Of a DNA stretch of 45,719 nucleotides, positions 45,719 to 45,719 are shown piece by piece (position 1 is the first letter of the stretch; each line of letters begins with the position of its first letter). This stretch comes from a virus. Taxonomy: Duplodnaviria > Caudoviricetes. Below the pieces are notes generated by a model that was not told the origin of the DNA, did not search any database, and saw only the letters and a program-made list of their open reading frames with translations. The stretch covers positions 1 through 45,719 of IMG/VR virus record IMGVR_UViG_3300020432_000014; one strand, written 5' to 3'. The translations under genes were made by a program, and so were the position numbers.

Positions 45719-45719
45719 A

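Noticed and set aside
1-45719. tRNAs, introns, inteins, homing endonucleases, Rho-independent terminators
   Set aside because: Intergenic gaps are all under ~90 nt. I saw no cloverleaf, no intein or LAGLIDADG/HNH motifs and no hairpin followed by a U-tract.

Overview
This window is a 45.7-kb piece of a T4-like marine cyanomyovirus (Kyanoviridae-type). The AT richness and the pcyA + PTOX content suggest a Prochlorococcus-infecting, P-SSM4-like phage (inference). Essentially all genes are on the minus strand. In transcription order (right to left): a giant gp7-like baseplate protein (>4270 aa, 5' end outside the window), a YHYH/Ig protein, a gp9/gp10-like protein, a 614-aa structural protein, gp8, a VrlC/DUF4815 protein, two small ORFs, a 2517-aa fibre, an 87-aa ORF, gp13, gp14, gp15 and gp16. 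A ~7.2-kb accessory island follows, then the 5' part of terminase gp17. The island holds a lysine-rich 772-aa protein, a protein with a T4-like capsid targeting sequence, a cupin, PTOX, an SNase nuclease, PcyA and many tiny coupled ORFs. Most notable observations: (1) a balanced, Russian-doll nesting of one small domain up to four levels deep in the giant baseplate protein; (2) strong avoidance of GAAC/GTTC/GATC through unusual synonymous codons, which matches known DNA phosphorothioation motifs; (3) a probable capsid-packaged, prohead-protease-processed basic polyprotein next to a CTS-bearing internal protein; (4) cupredoxin-like Cys/His metal sites on virion proteins; (5) a perfect sigma70 promoter inside the late region. 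All annotation is by eye, with no database searches, and motif counts are approximate.
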